Virus record (IMG/VR): IMGVR_UViG_3300031994_000046
Coordinates: 34,658-98,657 of that record
Origin: a virus
Lineage: Duplodnaviria; Caudoviricetes
Reading direction: 5' to 3' (one strand)
Length of the DNA stretch: 64,000 nt
Part shown: positions 10,651 to 22,488 of the stretch, one piece after another
How positions within the stretch are numbered: the first letter of the stretch is position 1
Layout of the letters: every line of letters begins with the position of its first letter
Translations under genes and position numbers: made by a program
Notes under the pieces: generated by a model
What the model saw: the letters and a program-made list of their open reading frames with translations, nothing else
Told to the model about the DNA's origin: nothing
The model's database searches: none

Positions 10651-11391
10651 TTAATTTATATACTGTTTAATAAATTCCTTTGTTGAATTAATAAAATTAC
10701 ATTTATCAGATACTGCCCAATTAAGATATCCTTGATCATATTTTGCAATATATTCAAGTGATACTCCACGATACTTTCCAATAGTCATACATGGTTTGAT
10801 ATCTCCGTTAAAATCCATTTCCTTGATTACTCCGTCTTCACCAAGCATTTTCTCTGGTCCATATTCTTGTTCAGATTGTTGAGCATAATATACTGCATAT
10901 GTAGCTTTAATATCGGAGAATGCATCATGAGCATTTAATCCAGCTTCCTCCATAGTCTTACCCTTATATTTCTTATATGTATTTTCAAGAGTAATTCCAT
11001 GACGACGTTTCTCTTCAAGGAATGCATCAAAACATTTACGATTCATAAAATCAATATCATACCCATATTTATTTAGTTCTGACTTTAAGAATGGAATATC
11101 AAAACCATTACCATTATAAGTAAGAATATCATTATCACCAATGAATTCAATAATCTTTGGTGCAACATCTGCGAGTGTTGGTTTATCTTTTAAGAATTCT
11201 GGAGTGATATGATGCTTAAAATAAGCAGCAATATCAATATGCCATGAATCTCCAGTTGGACAGATGTAAAGATTTAATTCGTCTTCAATTTTATTTGTTT
11301 CAGTATCAATCTTTAATCCTGCAAACTGAATAATCTGGTCTTTTGTTCTATCAAGACCAGTTGTCTCTAAATCAAATACTACTAACTTCAT
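10651..11391 (-). CDS. DEDDh 3'-5' exonuclease (DnaQ-like)
   Basis: FDLETTG, YNGNGFDIPFL, AHDAFSDI; C-terminal GKYRG...YLNW module. Confidence 0.92.
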   Translation of the reverse strand: MKLVVFDLETTGLDRTKDQIIQFAGLKIDTETNKIEDELNLYICPTGDSWHIDIAAYFKHHITPEFLKDKPTLADVAPKIIEFIGDNDILTYNGNGFDIPFLKSELNKYGYDIDFMNRKCFDAFLEEKRRHGITLENTYKKYKGKTMEEAGLNAHDAFSDIKATYAVYYAQQSEQEYGPEKMLGEDGVIKEMDFNGDIKPCMTIGKYRGVSLEYIAKYDQGYLNWAVSDKCNFINSTKEFIKQYIN

Positions 11392-11394
11392 AAC

Positions 11395-11847
11395 TTATTT
11401 ATTATCTGTATCTAAGCAATACCAATCAATGGCATCACAAATTTGTTTCTTTAATTCTTCTTTTGTATATGTTTTACCAAATCTTCTATTAAACACTTCC
11501 TTTAATGTTTCTACAACTTGATAATTATCCCATCCTTTTGGTTCTTTACCCCAACATGGTACATATTCAATTGATTCTTCTTGAGGAAAATCATATCCAC
11601 GATCTTCAAGATAATGATATAAATCATCTTCATAAAATTCATCTAATATATCATTATCCCAAATACGATGATCATCCAAATCAATCTCTACCTTTTGATC
11701 TAATTCTGTTTTATCATCTATTTCATACTTTGCACATATTCGTTTACTTTTTTCTTTATTGAATATGTAAGTATCAAAAAGATAACAGAATATATTTTTT
11801 GCACCTATAGCATCAAGAAGTTCTCTTGTATAAAGATTCAAATACAT
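11395..11847 (-). CDS. hypothetical protein
   Basis: 150 aa ORF. Confidence 0.7.
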   Translation of the reverse strand: MYLNLYTRELLDAIGAKNIFCYLFDTYIFNKEKSKRICAKYEIDDKTELDQKVEIDLDDHRIWDNDILDEFYEDDLYHYLEDRGYDFPQEESIEYVPCWGKEPKGWDNYQVVETLKEVFNRRFGKTYTKEELKKQICDAIDWYCLDTDNK

Positions 11848-11936
11848 ATAACTTATTAAAGATTAAAAGTATAATACTTATTAATATCTTTCAATACTAA
11901 TAAATACTATACTTTATGTTTTCTTAGTATTAATTA

Positions 11937-12416
11937 TTACTCATCAGTTTCATCAGGTGTATATCCTGTCAAAAAATCAACATGTTCATTACACTTTTGA
12001 ATTGCAGATACACAATTCTCTGCCTTAATATCAAAATCATTAGAAATCTTCAATAACTCACTTTGAATTACATCATAAATATATGCAGCTGTATCAAATG
12101 CTCCAGACTGAGCACGTGTCAAAGCAATCTTCTTACCAAGGTCAGCATCAAATGTATCCTCAGGAGCACAATCAGCAAAAGCTACAATTTGTGTTGTAAC
12201 ATAAGGATTAATTTCTCCAGATTCATCCTCAATCCATTCAACACTAAATTCCTTATTGAAAAGCTTATAAATACGTTCATTATGTACAAGCATTTCAGCA
12301 AATGGCATCTTAGTAAGATTCAAACCAAAAATCAAATGACAAGCAACTACATTCTTCTTAGGATTAACGTTATAATTTACTTTCAAATAACGTACACCAG
12401 TCTTTTTTCTATTCAT
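11937..12416 (-). CDS. hypothetical phage protein
   Basis: 159 aa; C.PEDTFD..LGKKIA..RA motif common in phage proteins. Confidence 0.75.
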   Translation of the reverse strand: MNRKKTGVRYLKVNYNVNPKKNVVACHLIFGLNLTKMPFAEMLVHNERIYKLFNKEFSVEWIEDESGEINPYVTTQIVAFADCAPEDTFDADLGKKIALTRAQSGAFDTAAYIYDVIQSELLKISNDFDIKAENCVSAIQKCNEHVDFLTGYTPDETDE

Positions 12417-12631
12417 ATAAATTTTATTTTTAATTGTTAATTAATATTTAAATTGTTATATTTATATATAGTTAAATGATTAATATTCATTCAATATTTT
12501 AACCATATTAACAATATTTAAAAAATTATAAATTAGATTAATAAAAATATAGAAACATATTGATATAATTCAATATATTTTAATATTATAATTTATTTTT
12601 AATAAAATAGTTAAATCATTTAAATTATATA

Positions 12632-13891
12632 ATGAAACGTAAGACAAATTTATTCTATACAGAAGGGCCTGATAGTAAGTTTTTGACATTTAGTAACTAT
12701 ACAGAATCTATGACAGGAAACTTCTTAAGTGTTGATACTAAGATATTTCCTTCAAGATTTTTATGTTTAGCTATTGATAATTTGACTAATAAGACTAAGC
12801 CAAAGTTAATACAATATTTAGCAGCATATTATGAAAATAAGATGGCATTCCTTCGTGATAATATTGAAAAACATGAAAAAGGATTATGTCCAATAGCTTA
12901 TCTTTTAGAAGCACTTAATAAAATATTATACTTTAATGAAGAAACAGGTCATAATGAATTACGCACATATGAAGAATCTGATGAATTGATGCCTAACACA
13001 GAAGGTGAATTCAATTTAAATATGTATTCTGCTGATATAACAGAACAAGACTATAATGGAATATATACAGATATTATATGTACAATTGATTTAAATGAAA
13101 TTAAGAAGGTTAAAGTAAATTTTGATGAAGACATAAGTATAACAACTATTGATTATGATTATGAAGGAATATATGGGTGGGATGACATATCTAATATTCC
13201 TGGTTATGAAAATGTGACTCCTATTTTTGATTTCAATGGTGGATATGAAATTAATACAAATATTAAATCATTAGAATTCTTAAAGAACAATGAACAGATT
13301 AACAAATTAGAATTCAATTGTATCATACCATTATATGAAGTTACAAATATAAACTATAAGACAAATTATACAATACTTGGTTATGATGATTATGATGAAG
13401 ATACTGGATCATATTTTGTTAATTTGAATAATATTAATAAATATCGTCATAATGTGCCATTAGGAATATGGTTTAATGGGGATGATGATACAGATTCATT
13501 CATTACAATCATAAGAGATTCATTAACTGGAATGTCTCCAGTCTGGTCATTATTGATTAGCACACAATTTAAACCATTCCCATATTCAACAAAATATGAG
13601 ATAGATGCAATCAATTCTGAAAAGGGAGCTTCATTTGGAACATTCTCTCAAGTTCTTATAAGACTTAATCAAGTAATGGATAAGTTTGAAAAGACAAATA
13701 ATAGGATATCTGGTTTAGAAGCTCGTATAAATGAAATAGAGACAACATTAAATAACATAAGTAGTGTTAAATCTTTAGATAGATTACAAGCGAAAATGAA
13801 TACTTTAGATAATGATTTACATAATGATATGAATACATTCAAGGAAGAAATTAAATCAATTATCGATAATATTAAATGGAAATATCAATAA
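12632..13891 (+). CDS. putative virion structural protein
   Basis: 419 aa, first gene of divergent structural block; C-terminal coiled coil. Confidence 0.6.
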   Translation: MKRKTNLFYTEGPDSKFLTFSNYTESMTGNFLSVDTKIFPSRFLCLAIDNLTNKTKPKLIQYLAAYYENKMAFLRDNIEKHEKGLCPIAYLLEALNKILYFNEETGHNELRTYEESDELMPNTEGEFNLNMYSADITEQDYNGIYTDIICTIDLNEIKKVKVNFDEDISITTIDYDYEGIYGWDDISNIPGYENVTPIFDFNGGYEINTNIKSLEFLKNNEQINKLEFNCIIPLYEVTNINYKTNYTILGYDDYDEDTGSYFVNLNNINKYRHNVPLGIWFNGDDDTDSFITIIRDSLTGMSPVWSLLISTQFKPFPYSTKYEIDAINSEKGASFGTFSQVLIRLNQVMDKFEKTNNRISGLEARINEIETTLNNISSVKSLDRLQAKMNTLDNDLHNDMNTFKEEIKSIIDNIKWKYQ

Positions 13892-13904
13892 ATAATTATT
13901 AAGT

Positions 13905-16900
13905 ATGAATAATCTTGAAAACTTAAATACATCTAGTTCACTTAAAGAATATTACATTAATTTAGAAAAGATGATGGATAATGCTGTTAGTATGCTTAAT
14001 GCTATCAATCAAGCATTGTCTACTTCATCATCTGAAATAAGTATCAATATTATAAATGGTGACAATACTACATCTACAATACGAATACCTTCATTTTTGT
14101 ATTTAGAGAATAAAATAGAACAATTAGGTAATATTATTGATAACTTATTTGACATCCCTAAATCAGGAGAAGCTTGGTTTAATAGAAGTTCCGATATGTT
14201 TAAATTGGAATTAGTAAAATCAAATAATGCTCCTATTATTCCTGTTGTGTCTAATAAAGATTCATTAGGATTTAATGTTAAAGACAATAATATATTCAAA
14301 GATTTAGTCAATCCTAAGACATACATAAGATTCAATTTAAAAAACATAACAGATAATATCAATGATATATTTGTTAAGAAGATTGTTTTATTTGATGAAA
14401 GTGATGCAGATTATTTATTGAACTATAAGACATATAATGATATTAAGAATGCATTATATAATAAGACATTGGGTGTTGATTATGAAGAATATGATTCTAC
14501 TATAAAGATGCCTATAAAGGAAGATAAGTATATTGGGGAATTTAAGATTAAAGAACTTCCTGATGATACCGAAAATCCTTATTATTCAAATGGTGACAGT
14601 GCAACAGGATCATTAAGATATATTGTTCGTGTTGATCATATACAGTATTTTGATAAAGAAGATTCATCAATATCTCATACGTTACAAAAAGGACAATATC
14701 TTTGTCTTCCAAATAGTTATGCAGTATATAAGATAATAGATGTACAGACAATAAACAATTCTTCAAATACAAATGATTTAAATGATCATATATTGATACT
14801 TGAAGAATCAATTGGACATATAGCATTACAGACATATGAAGAGAATTCTGAAATGATTTTAGAATTATATTCAACTTCATATGACCAATATCATTATATT
14901 GATATTCCTTTGGAAGAAAATCCTCGTATCATTCTTTTCATAGGATCAATGTATAATAATATAAAGAGTACATTATCTGAAGCCATTCATCTTAATTTGA
15001 ATGATATCTATATGAAAGATGATAATGGAAATCTTATGTTAGATAATACTGGTAATAAGATATCATATATTTCATACTATAAGAAGTATTGTAAGAACAT
15101 TGGTGATATGATGGTTGGATTTACTGAATTGTCATATCCTCAGACATCTAATTATACTAATGCTCAATTGAAACGTCTTACTGATTCTGAAGAAATGAAA
15201 AATATGGTTACTAAATCATTATATTTAGATGAAGAACCAATATATAAAGTAACACGTATCAATAAGCATCTAATTGATGATGATACTTCAGAAAATATCA
15301 TTAAGCTACATGAACAGAAGAATGAAATCAATTCACAGTTAAGATCTGTTCAGGACAATGTTGACCAAGTGTATTCTCAATTGACAACAACAGATTTTTC
15401 ACAAGAATCTACAGTTACTCAGTCATCATTAAAAGAAAAACTTAATGAATACTATAATGAACGTATAACATTAGAAAAACAATTACTTAGTGTAATTGAA
15501 AATATAAATCAAATTCAAAATGAAGTTCAAGGCATTAGTTCACCTAAATATAGAATAAGAGGTATTACTGATGCAAGTGATAAATATGATTCATCTATTG
15601 AATCTCCTATTGTAGCATATATACATGAAAACTTTGGTAAAGAATGTAATCTTATAGGATTAGATGTTGAATATAAATATAAGTCAATATCTAAAGATTC
15701 AACATCTGTTACAAATTTATCTGATGTCATATTTACAGATTGGAATAAATATTCTAATATTGAAAGAGAAAGATTCTTAAAATTCAATACTGATTCTAAT
15801 ACATATGAAATTGCTTTCTCTAACTATAATACAACAACCAATGTCATAAAATGGAACCAAATAGATATTCCAATCAATCAAGGAGAAGATGTAATTGTTC
15901 GTATAAGATATAAACTTAATGTAGGTCAGCCATTCATTAACTTATATACACCATGGTCGAATGAAATAACTGTAGAATTTCCAGTTGAATATACTGAGAC
16001 AAATGAAATAACTTCAATATTAGATACTAATGCTGAAGATAATCGTAATGCACAGTTTATGAAGACTTTGGTTAATGATGGATATGAAGAACATATAACA
16101 AATAAGATTGTTGATAATTCTCAAGTATTCTATCATATGCCAGAAAACATTTATTCAGGATTTAATACTCCTGAAAATAAAATGGTGTCATTAAAAGATA
16201 AACTTACAGAAATGAATAATGACATCACTGAATATAAAGCAACAGTAAATAATGAAATATTTAGTAAGTATGCTGTATACTTAGAATGGGATAACAGTAC
16301 ATTAGAATTATCAAATTCTACATCTAATAATATTGTTATTAATGAACTTATCAATGGTACTACAGATACATTCATTAAGAAAGAATTGAATATTGTAATT
16401 AAAAACACCGGAAGTACACCTATTAAGTTCTATAGTATATTCCCAGGAAACATTGATACACCATTGTTAATGTCAGATAATACTTATTATAACCAATATG
16501 TAAAGGACTATGAAAGAGTTCCAATGCTTAAACGTGGTTCATCAGTATTGTCAGAATGTGTGATGCCTCAATACTTAGGTCAATGGATTTATTTTAGACA
16601 GACAAATCCATATACACAAGAATCATTATATTTAGATGAGCTTACACAACGCCAAGAAGATATCAATTCAATAGATAATGGAATTAAATCAAACTTCATA
16701 GGTACATTATCTAGTTATATCAATTCAAACGATAAACAACCTTTATTATGTTATCGTAGACGTAGCGAGACAACAACATTATTATCAAATCCATTAGGAT
16801 TTTTAGATATATCAGAATCTGCAATTACATATAGTAAACCTAATAAGACAGATTTATCATTATCTGAGAAATACAATAAAATTAATGATTTCTTCATATA

Positions 16901-17372
16901 TGCTAATATTGATGATAGTGATAATGAATATATAATGAAGTTTGAAAATCTTTCATATACTCCACAAGGTGGTGTATTATCATATCTTAATGAAAGAACT
17001 TCATTGACTGAATTCTGTGATTCACAGACAAAGAATAAAAAGGAATTGAAATATTATAATGGTGCATTTTTTGTACCAGAATTAATTGATCGTACTCAAG
17101 TGTTATGTAACACTAAAGAACAGAATCAATATATAATGATTGATAGTGGAATGAGTCTTTCTGTTCCATTGATATTTGAATATTTCTTATCATCATCAGA
17201 AACAACTGTCAAATCTTCAATTAAGAAGACAATTGCATTTGATTTGAAATCTTCATTAATAAGAGACATTGATCATTATATGATAAGCATAACTGCAAAA
17301 TATGATTATACACAATCTAATGCATCTATGCAGAATTATTCATCATTAGTGGATAACTTATCAGAGACATAA
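13905..17372 (+). CDS. large putative virion structural protein
   Basis: 1155 aa uninterrupted ORF in structural block, central coiled coil. Confidence 0.6.
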   Translation: MNNLENLNTSSSLKEYYINLEKMMDNAVSMLNAINQALSTSSSEISINIINGDNTTSTIRIPSFLYLENKIEQLGNIIDNLFDIPKSGEAWFNRSSDMFKLELVKSNNAPIIPVVSNKDSLGFNVKDNNIFKDLVNPKTYIRFNLKNITDNINDIFVKKIVLFDESDADYLLNYKTYNDIKNALYNKTLGVDYEEYDSTIKMPIKEDKYIGEFKIKELPDDTENPYYSNGDSATGSLRYIVRVDHIQYFDKEDSSISHTLQKGQYLCLPNSYAVYKIIDVQTINNSSNTNDLNDHILILEESIGHIALQTYEENSEMILELYSTSYDQYHYIDIPLEENPRIILFIGSMYNNIKSTLSEAIHLNLNDIYMKDDNGNLMLDNTGNKISYISYYKKYCKNIGDMMVGFTELSYPQTSNYTNAQLKRLTDSEEMKNMVTKSLYLDEEPIYKVTRINKHLIDDDTSENIIKLHEQKNEINSQLRSVQDNVDQVYSQLTTTDFSQESTVTQSSLKEKLNEYYNERITLEKQLLSVIENINQIQNEVQGISSPKYRIRGITDASDKYDSSIESPIVAYIHENFGKECNLIGLDVEYKYKSISKDSTSVTNLSDVIFTDWNKYSNIERERFLKFNTDSNTYEIAFSNYNTTTNVIKWNQIDIPINQGEDVIVRIRYKLNVGQPFINLYTPWSNEITVEFPVEYTETNEITSILDTNAEDNRNAQFMKTLVNDGYEEHITNKIVDNSQVFYHMPENIYSGFNTPENKMVSLKDKLTEMNNDITEYKATVNNEIFSKYAVYLEWDNSTLELSNSTSNNIVINELINGTTDTFIKKELNIVIKNTGSTPIKFYSIFPGNIDTPLLMSDNTYYNQYVKDYERVPMLKRGSSVLSECVMPQYLGQWIYFRQTNPYTQESLYLDELTQRQEDINSIDNGIKSNFIGTLSSYINSNDKQPLLCYRRRSETTTLLSNPLGFLDISESAITYSKPNKTDLSLSEKYNKINDFFIYANIDDSDNEYIMKFENLSYTPQGGVLSYLNERTSLTEFCDSQTKNKKELKYYNGAFFVPELIDRTQVLCNTKEQNQYIMIDSGMSLSVPLIFEYFLSSSETTVKSSIKKTIAFDLKSSLIRDIDHYMISITAKYDYTQSNASMQNYSSLVDNLSET

Positions 17373-17391
17373 AATATAAAATTTAATTAAA

Positions 17392-18888
17392 ATGAGAGTT
17401 AATCAAAGTACAACAGATTTAAACAGATTTAATAATAAGTATCTAAAGTGTATTGTAACAAAAAGAAAAAGCACAATGGATATCTTAAAAGATCATGGTG
17501 CTGTCATTATATATAATCGTTCAGGATATAATTATTTATATCTTGGTAATGAATTTATTGCTGGTGGTTGGGGATATAAGACACAAGATGACTTAGAATC
17601 TGCTGTTAATATATTAAATAATTATGATACTGATATTACAACATTAACACAGAATATTGAAGATTTGAATAATGGTATGAATTCTATGAAGAAAAAATTA
17701 GGAGACATATCAGAAAAACTTAATCCAACTGTATATATTGTAGATGAAAATGGTGAAGTTATTCCACTTAATGAAATTATATTCAAAGGACGTCCTGCAG
17801 AATATAAGAATTTTGAAATAGTAGATATTGAAAAAGTAATCATATATAATCAGAATCAAAAATTAGAGTTGAAAAAAGATGAAAATCTTGTTGAATTTCC
17901 TATAGGAACAATTATCAATAAAATAACATATAACATAAATTGTAATATTAACGATTGTGGTGGTATCAGGGAAGTGAATATGTCTTATTATGCTAGTTCT
18001 GATGATGCTATTAATCAGATATCAACACCATTATCAATCAATAATTTACAATGGGCTAATTTGGATAATAAGAAAATCATATCTATTGTTCATGAATTCA
18101 TAGATCCTTTTAGAATTGATAAAGGAGAAGATTTAGCAGTTGTTAATAAGATAATGATATCTTTGAATGAAACTGCTAAAGAACAATATAAAGAATATCC
18201 AGATTTAGTATTATCTAATCCTAAATTTAAATTATATTCTTTAGAAAATATATTAAGATCACAAGATTTCTATATTGAACCTTTAGTAATACACCCTATT
18301 AATTCTTTAAAATATTATATCAATCGTGAGTTAGAACAAAACATGAATGATATAAAATATTCATTAGAAAATAGTACAGATAGATATGCATATAAAGGTG
18401 AAATACAAATTAGAGATATTGAACCAGGAGAATATAAAGATATATTTATTCCAGTACGAACACAATATGCAAAAGTCATAAATGTATTCTTACCGAAGTC
18501 TTTTGAAATACATGAAGTAAGGTTTGTTACAACAACAAGTGAATACAACTGGACAGGAGCAACTGGAATATGTAAAGAGAATACAAATGGTTCACCAATA
18601 TTGTTAAGATATAATCCAAGAATGTACTTAAGATATAATTTCTATCAAGTAAGAATTTCTGAAAGCCCATTAAGTGAAGTTGGTAAGCTAATGATTAGGA
18701 TATTTTCTAAGACTAATGATTATTCTGAAGATGTTTTTGCAGGAAATGGTGAAGGAATATACTTTTCAGAACCACAAACATGGACATTATTAAACAATGA
18801 AGAGTTTAATAGAATTTACTGGGTTACTTATAATTCTTCAATAGATACGTTAAAAGATAGATTAGATGTCGTGAGCAGTAAATTTTAA
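17392..18888 (+). CDS. putative structural/tail protein
   Basis: 498 aa ORF; context. Confidence 0.55.
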   Translation: MRVNQSTTDLNRFNNKYLKCIVTKRKSTMDILKDHGAVIIYNRSGYNYLYLGNEFIAGGWGYKTQDDLESAVNILNNYDTDITTLTQNIEDLNNGMNSMKKKLGDISEKLNPTVYIVDENGEVIPLNEIIFKGRPAEYKNFEIVDIEKVIIYNQNQKLELKKDENLVEFPIGTIINKITYNINCNINDCGGIREVNMSYYASSDDAINQISTPLSINNLQWANLDNKKIISIVHEFIDPFRIDKGEDLAVVNKIMISLNETAKEQYKEYPDLVLSNPKFKLYSLENILRSQDFYIEPLVIHPINSLKYYINRELEQNMNDIKYSLENSTDRYAYKGEIQIRDIEPGEYKDIFIPVRTQYAKVINVFLPKSFEIHEVRFVTTTSEYNWTGATGICKENTNGSPILLRYNPRMYLRYNFYQVRISESPLSEVGKLMIRIFSKTNDYSEDVFAGNGEGIYFSEPQTWTLLNNEEFNRIYWVTYNSSIDTLKDRLDVVSSKF

Positions 18889-18923
18889 ATTATTATTAAA
18901 TATAAATAAATGTAAGTTATATA

Positions 18924-21755
18924 ATGGATAATAACGATATATCATTATTTGAAAAAGTAGTATTTGTCAATAATATACCTTCTGAAATGGATGCTATGGA
19001 GTTATCACGTAGATATCCTTTTGCAATATTTGTTTCAGATTACGGAAATTTTGGTTCTATTGTTAATGGAGAACTTAATTCTGATGTTCCTGAAAATACT
19101 CGTGATTGGAATCAATATGCATTCAATAACCTTTGGAAGAATGGAAAACGATTAACAAAATTCAACAATGTTGACCCTAAAAATCATAGTGTCAACATGG
19201 ATACTTATACTATTAATCTTGATTTTGATTTAGCAAAAGGATTGCTTTCATTAAATGCTGTTGCTAAAGTTGATTCATATAATGTTGTTGGTTTCATATA
19301 TAAGACTGGTAATGAAACATATAATACATTTATTAACCAAACTGAAATGAGAGGAATGATTCCTTATTTGAATTCTGGTGCAATGTCAAAATCTATTACA
19401 AACATTAGTGGTGTTGAATGGGAAAATGAAATTGAAACAACAAATCAAGATGAAAACCTTAATTTTGGAACATTTGATAAATATGTTTTTGAAAGTACAT
19501 TATATAACATCAATAAAATTGATGCAGCAGACAATAAATTCTATATGATAGTTAGTTATGAAGCAGAAAAGGCAGATGCTTTATATTCAGTTCCTGCTAA
19601 TGCTTATTCTATATATTGTAATAATACAGAATTTTCAGTAACTGCATCACCAATGTTTGCTTCTGAAAAATTGAATCAAATTATAAACATTAATAACAAT
19701 ACAAAGAAGACTAATTTAATTAATAAGATATTAAAGTATACAGATAATATAGTATATGTTAAAGGAGAAGATCCAGTTAATCAAAGATGTGTAATATATG
19801 AAATAACAGTTAATGAAAACATTGAACCTGATGATCCACATGATAAGACAAAGGTATCGTTCAGTTTTGAATCATTAAAGAACTTACCACCTATTGATCT
19901 TCAAGTAACATATGCTTATATTAACCCAATAAGTTTCAATTTATCTGCTATGATAGATAATGAATGGGTTACTATTGATCCTGATAGTAATAAAGATATA
20001 TACTTTATGCCTGATGAAGCATCTCAATTCAATATGGAGATATTCCCATCTAATGTACGTAAACTTAAGTTAGATGTTACATTGACTGCAAGAGATGGTG
20101 CTGCAATGAAGTATTTAATAGGAGAAACAAACGGCGTTTCAGCTAGTAGATTTAATTTTGATACATCTGTAGCAAATGCTGAAACTACTAATATGATATC
20201 ATTTACATTGGATGTACCATCTGAGTTCTCTCTTAATAAATCAGAAAGAGCATATATGGGAATCAAGTTATCAAACTGGGATCCTATAAACGGAAATGGT
20301 GCAGTGAGATACCAAAAACAGTTGATGAAGTTAAGTCAGTATATATTTAGAAGATTAGATTTACCAGCTAATGTATGGAGTTATGCAGGTATATCAACAT
20401 CTGGTGCACATATTGACTATATGCTTCCTAATGTTGATGCATTATTCTTTGATGATAATAATTCAGTGATGAAAAGAAAAACTATACTTGAAGATGATGC
20501 AGAATTTAAGATTAACTTAGTTGTTAGACCACACAATAACACAATATTAGAAACATCAACAGTTAGTGGTAAACTTTTAATAGGTAATGTAAATAATAAT
20601 ATAGTTACTGTATCACAAGCAGATTTGAATAATTCTGCAAAAAGATTATCGATTAATCATCAAGAAACAATAACAATTCCTTGGATTAAAGACACTGCAA
20701 TAAACGGTAATCAGACTAACGACTGGATATTTGCTCGTTATGAATATAAAGGATATTTAGATTCAGATGAAAATGGTAATTCATCAGGTGGTTCTACACA
20801 TAAGAAATACTTTAAGAACGATATATTAACAAATATCATAATAAACTATACAAATGGAAATCAGTCTACACAAGGTATAAGATTCACAAAAGCTACTTAT
20901 GGTGGTAGTGAAGACTCATATATTGAAAAGATTTCTGGAGCACCAATTATATTCCAATATGCAAACGGACAAGAAATTGATGGATATTTTTGGTATTTCA
21001 ATTCAAGTATGACTACTTTAAAAGATTATCTTACAGTGTATAGCACAATTAAAGATTTACAGAATTCTCCAATAAAATACATAACTACTTCTATTGTTGG
21101 TGGACAGATTAAATGTGCTTCATTAAATGATACTGATAACTATAGAAGTGAATATGCATACATACAAGTCGGTTCTGTTAAATCTGATTTGATTGAATGT
21201 AATGTACAACGTCTTATGATTGACTGGTGGATATATGTTGGACAACTTATCAATAATGCTCCAGCTGTTGCATTTGATGGTGTAGGACATAACGCATTTA
21301 CACTTAATAATAGTGATGCTAGAACAAAAACATCTGGAGATATAACTTTACGTCACGCTTTACACTATGGAGGTTGGATACATTTAGGTACTAAAGATCT
21401 TTCACAACTATCAGCAGGAACATTTAAGAAATATAATCCTGTAACAAATGCATATGAAAATATGTCAAGAACGAATATTATATGGGATTCTATTTCTGGT
21501 ATAACTATTGATGCTGGTGCTAATGTTGATGTTGGTGACCAATATGTAGTCATCATTCCAAATGAATTAGAAATACAAGATGGTATTGGTGTTACTGGTG
21601 ATCCTGTAGGTGAAATGACTAATGTATCTTTAGGAGATATTAATCGTTGGGGTGATAATGATCCAAAAAGATCTCAATATAGAGGAACATATACAGCATA
21701 TCAATTTATGGCTGGTGATAATTTAGGATTTGGTTACGCAATCGTACATAAATAA
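18924..21755 (+). CDS. putative tail fibre/receptor-binding protein
   Basis: 943 aa, beta-rich G/N/T composition; context. Confidence 0.5.
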   Translation: MDNNDISLFEKVVFVNNIPSEMDAMELSRRYPFAIFVSDYGNFGSIVNGELNSDVPENTRDWNQYAFNNLWKNGKRLTKFNNVDPKNHSVNMDTYTINLDFDLAKGLLSLNAVAKVDSYNVVGFIYKTGNETYNTFINQTEMRGMIPYLNSGAMSKSITNISGVEWENEIETTNQDENLNFGTFDKYVFESTLYNINKIDAADNKFYMIVSYEAEKADALYSVPANAYSIYCNNTEFSVTASPMFASEKLNQIININNNTKKTNLINKILKYTDNIVYVKGEDPVNQRCVIYEITVNENIEPDDPHDKTKVSFSFESLKNLPPIDLQVTYAYINPISFNLSAMIDNEWVTIDPDSNKDIYFMPDEASQFNMEIFPSNVRKLKLDVTLTARDGAAMKYLIGETNGVSASRFNFDTSVANAETTNMISFTLDVPSEFSLNKSERAYMGIKLSNWDPINGNGAVRYQKQLMKLSQYIFRRLDLPANVWSYAGISTSGAHIDYMLPNVDALFFDDNNSVMKRKTILEDDAEFKINLVVRPHNNTILETSTVSGKLLIGNVNNNIVTVSQADLNNSAKRLSINHQETITIPWIKDTAINGNQTNDWIFARYEYKGYLDSDENGNSSGGSTHKKYFKNDILTNIIINYTNGNQSTQGIRFTKATYGGSEDSYIEKISGAPIIFQYANGQEIDGYFWYFNSSMTTLKDYLTVYSTIKDLQNSPIKYITTSIVGGQIKCASLNDTDNYRSEYAYIQVGSVKSDLIECNVQRLMIDWWIYVGQLINNAPAVAFDGVGHNAFTLNNSDARTKTSGDITLRHALHYGGWIHLGTKDLSQLSAGTFKKYNPVTNAYENMSRTNIIWDSISGITIDAGANVDVGDQYVVIIPNELEIQDGIGVTGDPVGEMTNVSLGDINRWGDNDPKRSQYRGTYTAYQFMAGDNLGFGYAIVHK

Positions 21756-21783
21756 ATTTAAATATATATTTCATAAATAATAT

Positions 21784-22455
21784 ATGAATACAATTACTTC
21801 TCACGTATTTAAACAAGGATGGAATAACAATAGTGGATATTTTGGTGGTAATGGTGTAACAATTAAAGGTGTTAAATTCACTGATTTCTCTTACACTAGC
21901 CAGAGAGCAAGATCTGTAAACTATTCTATTATGAATCTTGTTAATAACAACACATTAATTACAGCTTTATCTGGTGGACAGTTGGATGTCTGTAATAAAA
22001 TGCTTAGTATGATGTGGATTAACTGGAATGGTGCAATTATCAAAAAAGGTAATTTTGCAACAGGTGAAGATGTAGTTATTAGTGATACTCCAGAATTCTT
22101 AGCAATATTCAATAATATATCTGAAGCAGTATATGAAAACATTATAGTTGAACAAAATATCACTGATAAGATTGGGTTATTCTTATGTAAGAAAATTACA
22201 TCAGGAACTAGTTTGACAATTAATTCTACACCAGCTGTAATTAAAGATAATGAAAACTTAATGGAAATTATTGAAAATACAAGTAATGCTCCAATTACAG
22301 TGACAGTCAATAATAATGCAACAGTATCAAATATATCAGGATGCATATTTAAAGTTCCTAATCCTGCAGGATTATCTATAAGTATACCTGCAGGTGGTTA
22401 TGGAGAACTTAACTTCTTGAGAAAAGGAAGCTATGTATATACACGTGGAGCTTAA
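21784..22455 (+). CDS. putative tail-associated protein (paralog 1)
   Basis: Shares NNNSG.F..NGV.IKGV.F.DFSY, SMMW.NWNGA, ISDTPEFL, FKVPN and GE..Y.RG with next gene. Confidence 0.65.
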   Translation: MNTITSHVFKQGWNNNSGYFGGNGVTIKGVKFTDFSYTSQRARSVNYSIMNLVNNNTLITALSGGQLDVCNKMLSMMWINWNGAIIKKGNFATGEDVVISDTPEFLAIFNNISEAVYENIIVEQNITDKIGLFLCKKITSGTSLTINSTPAVIKDNENLMEIIENTSNAPITVTVNNNATVSNISGCIFKVPNPAGLSISIPAGGYGELNFLRKGSYVYTRGA

Positions 22456-22488
22456 ATCATAAACTTAAATTAATATTTAGAATTGTAT